Shown piece after piece: positions 38,191-50,099 of a stretch of DNA of 64,000 bases. The position numbers and the translations under genes were made by a program. This DNA is from Bispira polyomma (taxonomy: Eukaryota), in NCBI GenBank assembly GCA_965649765.1, contig OZ287748.1:10788001-10852000 (forward strand), given 5' to 3'. Numbering within the stretch: the first letter of the stretch is position 1; each line of letters starts with the position of its first letter. The notes below the pieces were generated by a model. The model saw nothing but the letters and a program-made list of their open reading frames with translations. It was not told the DNA's origin and did not search any database.

Positions 38191-39299
38191 ATTAGATTCA
38201 TATATAAATACAAAGACTTGCATTCTATTTGATTGGATTAAAGACAATCACAAAAAGATTAAACTGGAATTTAGTAGTATGTACTGATATACAAATACTT
38301 AATTGATCTACAATATGTTGTCAAGATTGGCCATAGAATCAACACTTATGGCTGAAGTGCTTTCTTCAAAGAAGTTAACACTGTTTTCAAAGTATATACT
38401 TACATTATTTATACATGGGGACATATAAAAAACATAAATGAATCCTAAACCTTTATATGAATCCCGAGTGGTGCACACCTAGGTTTGAAATTCCAGAGAG
38501 AAGAAGACTCTAACTCCCATGGATTTTGAAACTGCACACACCCTCACACCCCTAGGTAACAACCGATATGTCTAATTGTAAGTATATTTTGCCATATAAT
38601 ACAGCACAAATGGCCCTAATTCATTACAGTTTATATGAATCTGTGTTTATTATGTTATCAGGAGTCTTGTGAACATAGGTAGTTGACTTGCTGAAGGCTG
38701 GTGGTTTGACGCACAATCTACCGTGTTCTGTGCAAACTGGCCTTGTGTACAGCGCAGCCCAGTAAAACACAAAAATTGTGTAATTGCACATGAAATGATA
38801 AACTACTGGCCAGATTAACTACTATGCCATGTGTCATATAAGTAAATAGCAAGCTAAATACTGTCACTATGAATGCTAGAATTATGAACTCAAACCATCT
38901 CAGTGAAAATACTGAGGGTAAGTATTGGAATTAGAAAAAGGAATCATGATCATAACAAAGTATTTAATTTAATTGGTACTGTGATAAATTTCAGAATCAT
39001 ATATGTACTAGTAATGACCGCATTTGACACCACTATTCACCAAAGAAACTGCCTTGAAAACCCACAATCATTTTGCAGCACTAGTGTTCGGTTGATCAAA
39101 GCTTATATCTTCGATATAAGCCAAGGATTTTAATCTTAAGAAAATGTTCCCTGTTCTTTTCACTGTTCCATGTTATATCAGGCACTATACTCTCTTCCCT
39201 AAGCATAGCTAAGACTTCCTATTGATGGTGTGCATAATGATTTCCTTGCTGTACACATATACAATTGACTTGTGCACAGCATGTTACAACATAAGAACA

Positions 39300-39515
39300 A
39301 CAGAGCCTCAGTGGTGTTGGGATAGCACACTCGTCTCACATATCTAGTGTGGTGGGTTTGAATCTTGATCCAGTATGTAAGTGGGAATGTTGGCAGTAGA
39401 CCCTGTGGAAGACCAGTAGTTTGCAAAGCCAACTAACACTGATTTACTCCACCAGTGAACTGTCCATCGTGATATGACAGGAGATGTGTTGAAGAGACGT
39501 TGAAACACAATGTCA
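39300..39515 (+). mobile_element. tRNA-derived SINE (family B)
   Basis: GGGTTTGAATC B box; tail CTCCACCAGTGAACTGTC..GTGATAT...GTGTTGAA...CGTTGAA shared with 47010-47230. Confidence 0.7.
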
Positions 39516-40811
39516 TCTTTAACTAAAACAACATGGAACTAAAAACCAGCATACCACACAACACTTTCAAAGTATTAAAACTACTTGGATTAATCAATTG
39601 CATATGACTAGATCACGTGGTCACACTAAAAACACTTGCCATTAGTGTAGTTAGTGTCCTAATGTGAACGTTATATGTAGCACTACTATTTTATGTACAA
39701 GAAACCACCATCATGCTCTAATATAGACCTGCTTACAAGGCGTTACTTTTGGTAAAACACTGTATGATTGCATTATACACAGTTCCCATTTTGTTCCAAA
39801 GGTGCCAGCACTACTTTTGTTATGACTGGCAGCTTCTCCAGTTTTTTTCCATTCAGGGAGGGATTTAGTGTAAAAATCACAATGCCCTCATGAAAGGACA
39901 TTGCACAAGGTCTAGCTTTAATACAAAACAGTAAAAATGACACCAAATGGGCCAGAACCCAATGTGTTACATGTATAATACATGCCAACCCATGAGGTAT
40001 CAAAGTGACAGATTTGACTTTTCTGTCAAAATACATTAAAATCAACCATGTGAGTTTATTGAATATAATAAGGATTTCAAATTCTATTGACAGATTATAA
40101 AAAGCATTTGGTGGAATTTAAGGTCTTATTTGTTAAACAAAAAAAAAAAAATGAAATTAATGTATTAGATCTTGATTTAGTAAGGCAGCACATGATTCAT
40201 GTTGTATGTAATCTATACAATAAGCCATGAAAGTCTTTATTTCAAAGGGTTCTAATTTAAATACACAATTAATTAGGTTATATTAATATATGATACAAAA
40301 GCAAATCTTACACCTTACTATCTATTTGTCAATAGTTAACAGTATTATAATATATTCGTAATCTTCTACACATATAGTCATGTGATTAATGTTGGGTTTT
40401 TTTTTTTTGTTTAAATCAGGATTTGTTATCAGTATCAACAACAATTGACCACCAGGCTAATCCAACAAAATGAAGTCTCAGTGACACTTGTATGTATCAT
40501 TAGTGTAAACGCTTGGCAAACGTATCTGAAGAGAGTCTTATCTAAATATAGACTCATGTTGTCATAAGTTAAAATGGGTCCAAAAATTAGACAAGTCACA
40601 GTGGTTATTTACTTAAATGTTTCAGAAACATGTCTGAGGTTTTAGTTAATATATATAAATGTATACGATAGTTGTATGTGTAAATCCACACCAAATATAT
40701 GAAATAAGATATGTAAGGTACACCAGTCCCACATGAGGCTTTATTGGTCACTACAATCACATAAAATACACAGTGTGTGATAGTTAATATATGTTAGGTA
40801 ATTACTTTGAT

Positions 40812-41432
40812 TGCCTGGCCATACTGGACTTCCATTTCGTTTACACACAAATATTAGCAAACGGAAAGTGAAACAAAATAAAAACTAATTTGAAACAAAT
40901 TTTGCAAATTAAACAGATATAAATGTATGTGTGCGTGAGTAAAACATAAAAAAAATTAAGAAAACATTGATAATTTAGAACTGCACGAATATATGGTACG
41001 TTTGAAGCCGTTTTTGACAATCTCTACTAACACAGCTGCTGCGTTCAGGGAAAACGTAGGACACGTCTAACACATCTTCAATGCGTACAAGGGAGCACCA
41101 ACATGTACTATACATCCAAATATTCACCAGAGACATGAAAGACGTAAATGAAGCGAATGCAACCTGTTTAAAACGTGGGTGACAAGAAAGAAATGTGTAA
41201 TGAAATGAGTAAGGGAATCGTATGGAAAGTATCTAAAAATGTGGCTAACATAACAAACGTAGTTTAAACGCCTACCAAAACATGTTGAATGGATGTAAAA
41301 AAAATGTGTACAAAACGTCTCATACATTAGTTTTTGGTTACGTTTCCCAAATTTCGTTTTGTATATTTACGTTTCCTAAAATACAAAACAAAATAAACGT
41401 AAACTCGAACATACCCAGTGTGACCGCCCCAT
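40812..41432. mobile_element. Probable MITE with internal AAACG-rich repeats, upstream of ferroportin
   Basis: Imperfect inverted ends GGCCATACTGG / CCAGTGTGACC; CpG-rich interior with recurring AAACG/CGTTT. Confidence 0.4.
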
Positions 41433-42059
41433 TAAAGTTTAATAACATGGCCCATAGATTAGACAAAGCAAAGTGGTTATTTTGTTTTATATCATGCTAT
41501 GTCCTCCTAAAACACCAACCTCAATTCATGTTCAACCTCAAATGCCAAGTATTCAAGTCTCCCACATTAGAGTGACATTAAATAAAATAAACTCATTAAC
41601 GTCTAAATGAATTCACCACATTATGGTGTTCAACAAACCCTCGAACATCTGACTTTAACAACATCCAATCCTATAAATTGGGGAGGTTTTTTATGCATAA
41701 TTATATATATCAGTAAAAACAACACTTTAACAGACATAAGTTGTATACTGAGGACACTTGAGACTTTGCCAGAAAAGACAAGACCAATATACTGACATTG
41801 CTGACAAAAGCTAGCAACAAATCAATAGAGCCGTCCATATATCCTGTAGTAGTTGTGCAAATAATCTTGTACATTGACATTTTAATTACTGGAAATATGA
41901 AGAAAAAGGAACATAAAGAAGCTCATGTGACACGATTTTCATACCATTTAATATTTAATTGCAATACATCAATCAAAACTATGTTTAAATAACATAAACT
42001 GACAGTGGGTCTTTAAAAAATACAACTGAAAGATTAAATTGTAACAAATACAATACAAA

Positions 42060-42177
42060 ATGGATTTACGGGACAAGGAGTCGGATTCATTGGTAGCAAG
42101 TGGTAAAATTAGTTCTGGATCTTACGGATCAACCGCGGGTGTCAAGAAAGATGAACAGAAGAAGAAAACTGGAAATG
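42060..42177 (+). CDS. SLC40A1: Ferroportin exon 1 (coding part)
   Basis: AAAATGG start context; MDLRDKESDSLV...KKKTGN; donor G|GTAGGT; phase 1 fits exon 2. Not itself a conserved region. Confidence 0.75.
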
Positions 42178-45100
42178 GTAGGTCTCTACTTAAAACTAAG
42201 ATACATGTGGTAAATTTTGTGTAGATGTATCTGAAATCACCCCTAATGTCATAAGTCTCATCCCATCTTCACAATTTACAGCCCAGCCTGGGTTCTTCTT
42301 TGGCAAAGAAGCCTTCTTTAGTGACAACAGCATGGGGTTTGTGTGTAAGTCCCCTGTAGATAGTGGGAGATTTACCAATTTTACAACTGATGAAAGAATG
42401 AAAAGAATCTGCACATATTTTTTTAAAGGAAAGTTAGACCAGTTATCAAACATGCAGGATTTAATGGGGAAACTCAATATGACCTTTCAAATCTGATTTT
42501 CAGTGACAGAATGAAACTTACAGTAATTTCTTTTCTGGATATTAGGTAAAGGCTTCAGAATCGGATAAATGGCTGCAGATGATATGATCATAGTAGTCAC
42601 CTTAGCCTTGTTACTTGGAGTAATGAAAATGTTTGTTACTCTCATCAAGTATGATTTATAGGGAGCAGCTAATTTTTCAAGTTTTTGTGCCATAATCTGT
42701 CCATAGTGCCTTAAATTGGCAGTATTCAGTTTTAGGTTAATTTGTATCCACATGAGTTACTTAGAGAATCCACATATTAATCATACAATTAGAATATTAT
42801 TACAAAAGACAACTACACTATTTAAAATAACTGTGATTGTCCATATCAATTTTATGATATGGTCGGAAACTAATCTTTTTTGTTCACATAGGCAATAATA
42901 GGGAGCTCAAGGTACAGTACACAAGATATGGTTAATTGATCACTGATAGAACCAAAATTGGCAATGTTACCATTGCCCATAAACTCTGATGAAGTAATAG
43001 AATAATATAAATTATTATTCCTCGGTGACGAATCCAGCGATCCTATTGGTTAAAATGCGATCACGCAACATAACTTAAAACCGGATATGGCCCGGATGGT
43101 GGAAAATTCGGACAAATGCTGTGGTATAATAAACATAACATAAGCTGTTTGGTCAGCTGGCAAAATGCCATGGTGAGTAGTCGGCTAGACTATTGCAATT
43201 CCTTGCTGCACAAGTATATCAGTAAGGTGAATATAACGAAGCTGCCATATTCCCTATTCCCTGATGCAATCATTTTGTTATCAGAGAATATTTCCTGAGG
43301 CCATCATGTTGTATATGTATGTTGTACAGAGTATTTTGTAAGTGGACATTTTTACTAGTATTTTTAACTCAAGCTTTTAAACTTTTTTTTATTAAAAGCT
43401 CGGATGGCCAACTTCATTTTTAAAGTATATTCTTAAAATAACCAGAAAAGACACCTTCGTTTTAGGCGTTTGATGTTGTCAATAACGTAGTTTAAGCTTG
43501 TATACCATTTGGAATACAAATATTATTTTTATCTGTTTCAGCTTGTATGGAATTCCTGAAAAGCTACAAGTTCTTATTGTATACAAGTCACTCATTGTCA
43601 GCATGGGTAAGAGTGTTCAATAATATGTTAAAAGTCAAACTGTAACCATATAGTGTGTTGGTAAAATAAGAAATCCTTGTTGGCACTGACAAAATCCGGC
43701 ATATATCCGAAATCAGATGCACAGGCCAAATGGTAATAAAGTAATTGCACCATGTATCATTTGAAATGCTTGTTTAAATGACTGGTGAGTATTTAAATGT
43801 CAATACAACTGTAGTGGGTTCCAATCTTGGTCCTGACATGTAGGTGGGTAAGTTGGTAGCAGACTTGCTAAAGGCTGGTGATTATTAGAGCTGCAAACCT
43901 TTACCAACTACACTGTTCTGGTGTGTTGTACCAAAGAACTGATTGTCGTTGATATGGCACAAGATGTGCTGAAATAACATTAAGCCCCAAATAAACTAAA
44001 ACTAAAGAGTGCACCATCACTCTCTCAATACAGGCCTCCCAAAATACCTTAGCCCACATCTCATACCTTACTCTCAGCAAGTTAATACCCATTGTGATAA
44101 CCATAACAAATTATTTTTCAATGTTCCTACCTTTGATCACGGCATACACAGATCAAAAGTCCATTTCAGTCATAGTTTCTCATACGCTGCACCCAAGTTA
44201 TGGAATGACCTACCAGAAGATATTAGATGGTCATCTTCACTTTTAACCTTTAAGAAGCAAACTCAAAACCTATCTCAAAAATCTTAATAGTCTTGTCATC
44301 ACCGACTCCATCTCTAGTAATGGCACTTTCTTTTGCCCACGACAACACAATTACTGAATAATGATTTTGTTTGTTGCACCCTAGAATCCGCTAGTACAGA
44401 TATTAAGCACCATTACGGAATTGATCAGATTAGATTAGACTTTCTATGGCTCTACCAAAGGTAGAATAATATAAAAGTACCTACTAATTCTTATTACCAG
44501 GTTTTCTGTTGAACAGGCTGACCGTATGTGGCAGTTTGCTGCAGGACTCTTTCTGATAGAGCTGTCTCCTGGCTCACTCAGACTGACAGCCATCTATGGG
44601 TTTGCATCAGGAGGAGCCATCTTGTTATTAGGAGCAATTCTAGGAGACTTAGTAGATACTAAGAATAGGCTAAAATGTAAGTTAGTTAGCAGGATGACGG
44701 GAAACTGCTAATTCAAATAATAAATAACAAGTTAAAATTGCTTTAGAATTTTGTAAAATGGTTAGCTACAATAATTTTGTTCCAAAAATTTCAATGAAAG
44801 AGGAAGGTACTGGACACGAACCTAGATGTTGCATTGTAAAGATATATACAATTCATGATGTTATCTGCATTGGTAAAATCTTGCAGCTGCTATTCACTCA
44901 TCTAGTTCATGTTAAACAGATAACAAACCGACTATACTGATCTTCACATTAATAATACAGATCTCTTCCAGTTATCCGGGTCATCCTGGTTATCAACAAT
45001 GTCAGTATCAGCCTAAGTGCTTTGATTGCCTGCCTGACCTTCATCTACCTAGACGAGGTCAAGGTTATATGGGACGGCTGGATGGAGACCCTGTGTCACG

Positions 45101-48100
45101 TGGGTATTGTGTTCTTTGCTGTGATTGGTGACATAGGAGACGTGGGTAGGAAGATATCATTGGAGAGAGACTGGATAGTGGTGATGTGTGAGGACAAGTA
45201 TGAGCTTACAGGTGATACACTTGTAATGGTAACAATAAATTCTGTGTGAGGACAAGTATGAGCTTTTAGGTGATACAATTCTAATGGTATAGAGGTAACG
45301 ATACATTCTGTGTGAGGACAAGTATGAGCTCACAGGTGATACACTTGTAATGGTATAAAGGTAACAATAAATTCTGTGTGAGGACAAGTTTGAGCTTTTA
45401 GGTGATAGAATTGTTATGGTATAAAGGTGACAATAAATACTGTGTGAGGACAAATATGAGCTTACAGGTGATATATTTGTAATGGTATAAGGCAACAATA
45501 AATTATGTGTAAGGACAAGTATAAGCTTACTGGTAATACAATTGTAATGGTATAAAGGTGTAAATAAAATACTGTGTAAAGACAAGTACAAGCTAACAGG
45601 TGATACACTTGTAATGGTATAAAGGTAACAATAAATTATGTGTAAGGACAATTATGAGCTGACAGGTGATACAATTGTAATGGTATAAAGGTAACAATAA
45701 ATTCTGTGTGAGGACAAATATGAGCTAACAGGTGATACAATTGTGATGGTATAAAGGTAACAATAAATAATATGTGGCGACAAGCAGGAGCTTACAGGTG
45801 ATACAACTGTGATGGTATAAAGGTAACAATAAGAAATGGTTTTTATAAACAAGTAATACCATGAAGTGGCCTTTTGTGTGGATAAGTATGGGCTTACACA
45901 TGTTATAGGTAATATGATAGGCAATGTCTCAATGGTAAAATATGCAATCAAACCTCTTTATAGATTCCTCATCTATAATCAAAAAGCCAAAGAATATCTC
46001 CTAATCCCCTAATGCCATTATGTTGACATCAGAGAATATTCCCCAAAGCTATCACAAAGGTGTAATATTTAAGCTATTTTTACTAATTAGCTCGGATAGC
46101 AACAATCAGTTTCCAGTGCATTGTTGTTTCGATATTTGCAGCCTTGTCAGCACTTTTACGCCGTATCGACCTGGTGACCAACCTTCTGGCTCCCATAGTG
46201 ACTGGTCAGCTGATCACATACGGATCCCCAGTTATTGGGGCCATCGTGATAGCAGTCTGGAACATCATCTCCATGTTTGTTGAGTATGGTCTCCTACACG
46301 TGATTTACAACAGAGTTCCTGCTCTGGCATTAAAAGGAGCTCTTCAAGAAGGTAATTATATGTGTTGTAGCCCTACATAGCACCTCTGCAGTCAGGTTTC
46401 TATACTCAGGCTCATAATCCATGACAGTACAGAAAACTTTGGTCAACTACCCTGCCATTTTTTCGTCTAATATCTAAACTGTCCCAATATAGTACTTAAT
46501 TGTGTAATGTGGTGTGAACTGAGAGTAAATAAAAAACAAATATTTTTATTACATAAGACACTCCATGTATACACACAATGCAAGGTAAGAAGTGAGTTAG
46601 AGTGAGTTACTCTCTAAATAGAGGTTTACATGAAACAATATACATGTACATATTTATGTTAAGAATGTGAAACATCACATAATCTTCTGGGAACTCTTCT
46701 GGTATCAGATATAACATATAGAGGGTCATTTGTTTTGCACAGTTAACTTGGTTGGTTCCTAGCCGGGGTCAACCAGGTGCAGGGAGATACTTAAAATGGC
46801 GGTCCTCTGTCATTGGGTCCTATCCCCAGTGGCAGGCTATAGAAACTTAGGGACATTGATAAATGGTCATCCTCAAGCCTCCGTCTTCAGTTAGACAAAT
46901 AATTGTTACTGATGCTAGCTGCATGGAATCAATCAGTTGGGGAATCAATCAAAAAAGGCTAATCAGTTCTTTGAATACATTACATACATTAATAACAATT
47001 TACCCTCAAACAGAACTGGGGCCTTGGTAACACACTTGCTTCCCTCTGAATTCATGGTTTCAAACCTAGGCCCTCACTTGAATGTAAAAAATGTGGTATT
47101 AGACTTGCCAAAAGTCGTTGGTATGCAGAGTAGAAAACCTTCGCCCTGTTTTGACTTCTTCCACCAGTGAACTGTCTGGTGTGATATAACACAAAATGTG
47201 TTGAAAGTGGCGTTGAACACATTAAACTTTAAAAGTTTGACAATTGCTTGAACTTTACTGAAAATAATTATTATGACTCATATTTACACAATGCCCCGTG
47301 CCTATGCTTACACAGAGACCAGTGAACCAGATGAAACTACATCCTTGCTGAACAGTTCCAAGTCAGCATCTAGACCTGACCCTGATGCAGAGGTGGGTGT
47401 CAAGGTAGCAACGGCCAAAGACTCTTCCTTGAAGAAAACCTTGGCCAAGTTACTGGAACCATTCATTACTCTGTACCAAGGCTGGGGGATCTACATCAGA
47501 CAGTCTATAGTACTGGCAGGACTAGCCCTCTCATTTCTCTACATGACAGTGTTGGGTTTTGATAACATAACTACAGGTAAAACCAGCTGGCCACTCAGTA
47601 GTGTGTATACTTACGCCAAGGTGTCAAAGTACCAAAAAGTGTAAAAAAAAAACTTTTTGGGTTGATCTATCTACCCAGATATACTAGGTTATGTCTGGGC
47701 TCATGACCCTATCCATGATGGGCTATGATACACCAAATTTTATGTAAAATGGTTTAGTAGTTTTTGTGTAACATTGGAGGCAATCTGACATGGCTAACCA
47801 ACAGAGGAAAATGCATATCCTCTTTGGCGGAGGTAACAAATAAGCGGTTTATTAACAAATAGTTCATATATGCAAGAATGTGTTTCCTAAAATGTAAAAC
47901 GTTCCACCTCACCTATTATATGATGAAGGGTTTTAATCAATTGACCAGGTAATATAATGCTACATTGCAACAAAACATAATCTGAGCCTAGCTTAGCACT
48001 GGCTATTTGAACGATATTATTTGTGAAAAAAAAGGTTTCTCAGTCTGTACTTCATGGTATACACATTGTTGTAATTGCACAAAACTAATTTCTGTTTCCA

Positions 48101-49841
48101 TACGAGTTAAGCCACTTTAATGTCACTCAGAAGGATGGAATTCCATTAAATTCGGATTTACTATATCTTTTGTTGAGGTTTGTGATATATATAGTCCACA
48201 CGTTTATGGATAGTTCATATAGACAGATAATGTGGCTACCATTTATTCTGTAGTATTCTAATCAACAGGATCATGTATTTATATTGTAACAAAGTTAATA
48301 TATAATATCTGAAATACCTCCTTTACTTCTTGTCAACAGGTTTTGCCATCGAACAAGGACTGACCGAATCTGTACTGGGTATCTTACGAGGTGTCGGTGC
48401 TTTGTTCGGGGTGGCAGGAACCCTAGTGTTTCCAGTACTAAGGAGGAACTGTGGGATTGAGAGGACTGGTCTGGTGACGTTTACCATTTTGTCTCTGTGT
48501 TTGACCCCTTGTGTTGTGTCCGTCTTTGTCTCTGGAAGTATGTTCCAGCCAGATTATCTTCAGAATATGCCAGCTGACGTCATAGGTGGAAATGGGTCAC
48601 TTCTTCTTGTGACAGAGGATGTTCCCAATGATAACCCCTATCCCTGGCAAGTGTCAACCAGTGTGTTGTCTGTCTGGTTACTGATGGGAGGCATTGTAGT
48701 CGCTAGATTTGGTAAAGTACCTTTAATTTTTTTTAAATTTAAATCTGTGTTTCTTTCTTTTAGAATATTATGGAAATTTAGAAATAATTATAACAGCTGG
48801 GGAAAAACTAATTCTTAAACTATTATAGAACCTCTATTATCCGAATAAGTTAGGAGAACATCTTTTGTTTGTATAATAGAAGGTCCATTGTGTAGAAAAA
48901 CAGAAAGAAAAAATAAATTCGTCAGAGTGGAAATCTATATGTTAAACTAATTATTGGGATAATATATGTTTAGATAATACAAGATGTACTGTATTTAACA
49001 ACAGATGAAAAAGGTTTGTAATCAAAGTCTGCTGGTTGCGACTGGACTCTGATCCCAAAGCTTTTCCTTCTGTTGGAGCTACTCTTGTTGGATCTTGATT
49101 GGAACTTTGCACGACAGATGATGGCTACACATCCATTGTGGCACTATAGACGTTTAACATTAACTATTAGTATTATTATTATGCATTTTTAACATGCTTT
49201 ATTGATGCTAGGCATCTTCTAAAGCGCAACAGCAGAATCAGTGAATCGTAAAGTCCATGGGCATAGCAAGGTTGCAAGGGTAGGGGGATTAACAGCTGGT
49301 TAATCAGCAAGCAACCAGACCGGGTGTTAACCCACCCCGTGGCATCTGGCAGCAAGGGGCTCAACTCCCTTTCACGCTTCACATGGTGAAGGATACCGTA
49401 GCCTAATAAGTTAGGAGAACATCTTTTGTTTGTATAATAGAAGGTCCATTGTGTAGAAACAAAAAGAAAGAACTAAGAACTAAGTAAACCTTTTGACATA
49501 CTATTACAGGTCTGTGGGCCTCAGACCTGACGGTGACACAACTACTACTGGAGACCCCAGAGGACAACCAGAGGGGTGTGGTCAATGGTGTCCAGAACTC
49601 CCTGAACAAACTGATGGACCTCATCAAGTACATCCTGGTCATCGTCCTCCCCTGGCCACAGACATTCGGATACCTTATCATTCTCTCCTTCTCCTTTATC
49701 GTCATGGCCAACATGTTGTTTGCAGCATACTCCTGGAAGATCAGGAGGCATCTCTTTCATTTTGAAGAGGTTCAGAAAGATGCCAAAGAAAAGAGAGACA
49801 ATGCCCCAGAGTTGAGGTATAGCCAACCATTTGATGATTAA
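42060..49841 (+). CDS. SLC40A1: Ferroportin (solute carrier family 40 member 1-like), 8 coding exons, 585 aa
   Basis: join(42060-42177, 43542-43606, 44517-44676, 44972-45211, 46142-46351, 47316-47576, 48340-48711, 49510-49841) = 1758 nt; all introns GT-AG with consistent phases. Motifs KFLLYTSHSLSAWADRMWQF, ERDWIVV, RRIDLVTNLLAP, LYMTVLGFD, ARFGLWASDL, RGVVNGVQNSLN. Confidence 0.95.
43542..43606 (+). CDS. SLC40A1: Ferroportin exon 2
   Basis: TTTCAG| acceptor; ACMEFLKSYKFLLYTSHSLSAW; |GTAAGA donor. Confidence 0.92.
44010..44420 (+). mobile_element. L2/CR1-group LINE 3' end in ferroportin intron 2 (preceded by a SINE at ~43780-44005)
   Basis: PKYLSPHL...VPTFD...SFSYAAPKLWNDLPEDIR...FKK, ending in (AGATT)n tail repeats. 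Confidence 0.85.
44517..44676 (+). CDS. SLC40A1: Ferroportin exon 3
   Basis: ADRMWQFAAGLFLIEL...GDLVDTKNRLK; AACAG| and |GTAAGT. Confidence 0.95.
44972..45211 (+). CDS. SLC40A1: Ferroportin exon 4
   Basis: TTCCAG| acceptor; FIRVILVINNVS...ERDWIVVMCEDKYELT; donor CAG|GTGATA. Confidence 0.92.
45185..45905. repeat. 66-bp minisatellite (10 copies plus 1 degenerate) spanning the exon 4/intron 4 junction
   Basis: Unit TGTGTGAGGACAAGTATGAGCTTACAGGTGATACACTTGTAATGGTATAAAGGTAACAATAAATTC starting at 45185, 45243, 45309, 45375, 45441, 45506, 45573, 45639, 45705 and 45771. Confidence 0.95.
46142..46351 (+). CDS. SLC40A1: Ferroportin exon 5
   Basis: TTGCAG|; ALSALLRRIDLVTNLLAP...WNIISMFVEY...PALALK; |GTAATT. 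Confidence 0.95.
46740..47230 (+). mobile_element. Two adjacent SINEs (family A ~46740-46935, family B ~47010-47230) in ferroportin intron 5
   Basis: Match to the family A body and family B tail described above. Confidence 0.7.
47316..47576 (+). CDS. SLC40A1: Ferroportin exon 6
   Basis: ACACAG|; cytosolic loop then EPFITLYQGWGIYIRQ...LYMTVLGFDNITT; |GTAAAA. Confidence 0.9.
48340..48711 (+). CDS. SLC40A1: Ferroportin exon 7
   Basis: CAACAG|; GFAIEQGLTESVLGIL...SVWLLMGGIVVARF; |GTAAAG. Confidence 0.95.
48820..48992. mobile_element. pogo/Tigger-like MITE in ferroportin intron 7
   Basis: TAGAACCTCTATTATCCG ... GATAATACAAGATGTACTGTA degenerate TIRs. Confidence 0.5.
49510..49841 (+). CDS. SLC40A1: Ferroportin exon 8 (last coding exon)
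   Basis: TTACAG|; GLWASDLTVTQLL...RGVVNGVQNSLNKLMDLIKY...RHLFHF...stop TAA. AATAAA just after the stop and at ~50561. Confidence 0.95.
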
Positions 49842-49921
49842 TGAAATAAAAGCAAATTTCTACCCAGTTCTTTGGTTTTCTGCTTTGTAACTGGGTAACT
49901 TGACCTATGTGTTACCATAGA

Positions 49922-50099
49922 CAGTGAAACTTGTATATAAAGACCACACAAGAGAACTATGAAAAGTGGTCTCTATTGACTGGTGGTCTTTATATGGAGG
50001 TTAAATATTATTTAAAACATTAGTCTTTGGAAATGATGCTGTGGTCTTTTTACAGAGGTGATTTTTTTATAGAGGTGGTCTCTTAAGCAGAGTTCACTG
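49922..50099. mobile_element. Tc1/mariner (pogo-like) MITE just downstream of the ferroportin stop codon
   Basis: TIR CAGTGAAACTTGTATATAAAGACCAC / GTGGTCTCTTAAGCAGAGTTCACTG, TA at the right flank, internal GGTGGTCT repeats. Confidence 0.8.

Noticed and set aside
45185-45905. Intron gain by tandem duplication of an AG|GT-containing exon segment
   Set aside because: The phase-1 intron aligns with the human FPN intron at the N172 codon, so it predates the repeat.
45157-45951. 164-aa and 99-aa antisense ORFs in ferroportin intron 4
   Set aside because: Translations of the 66-bp minisatellite.
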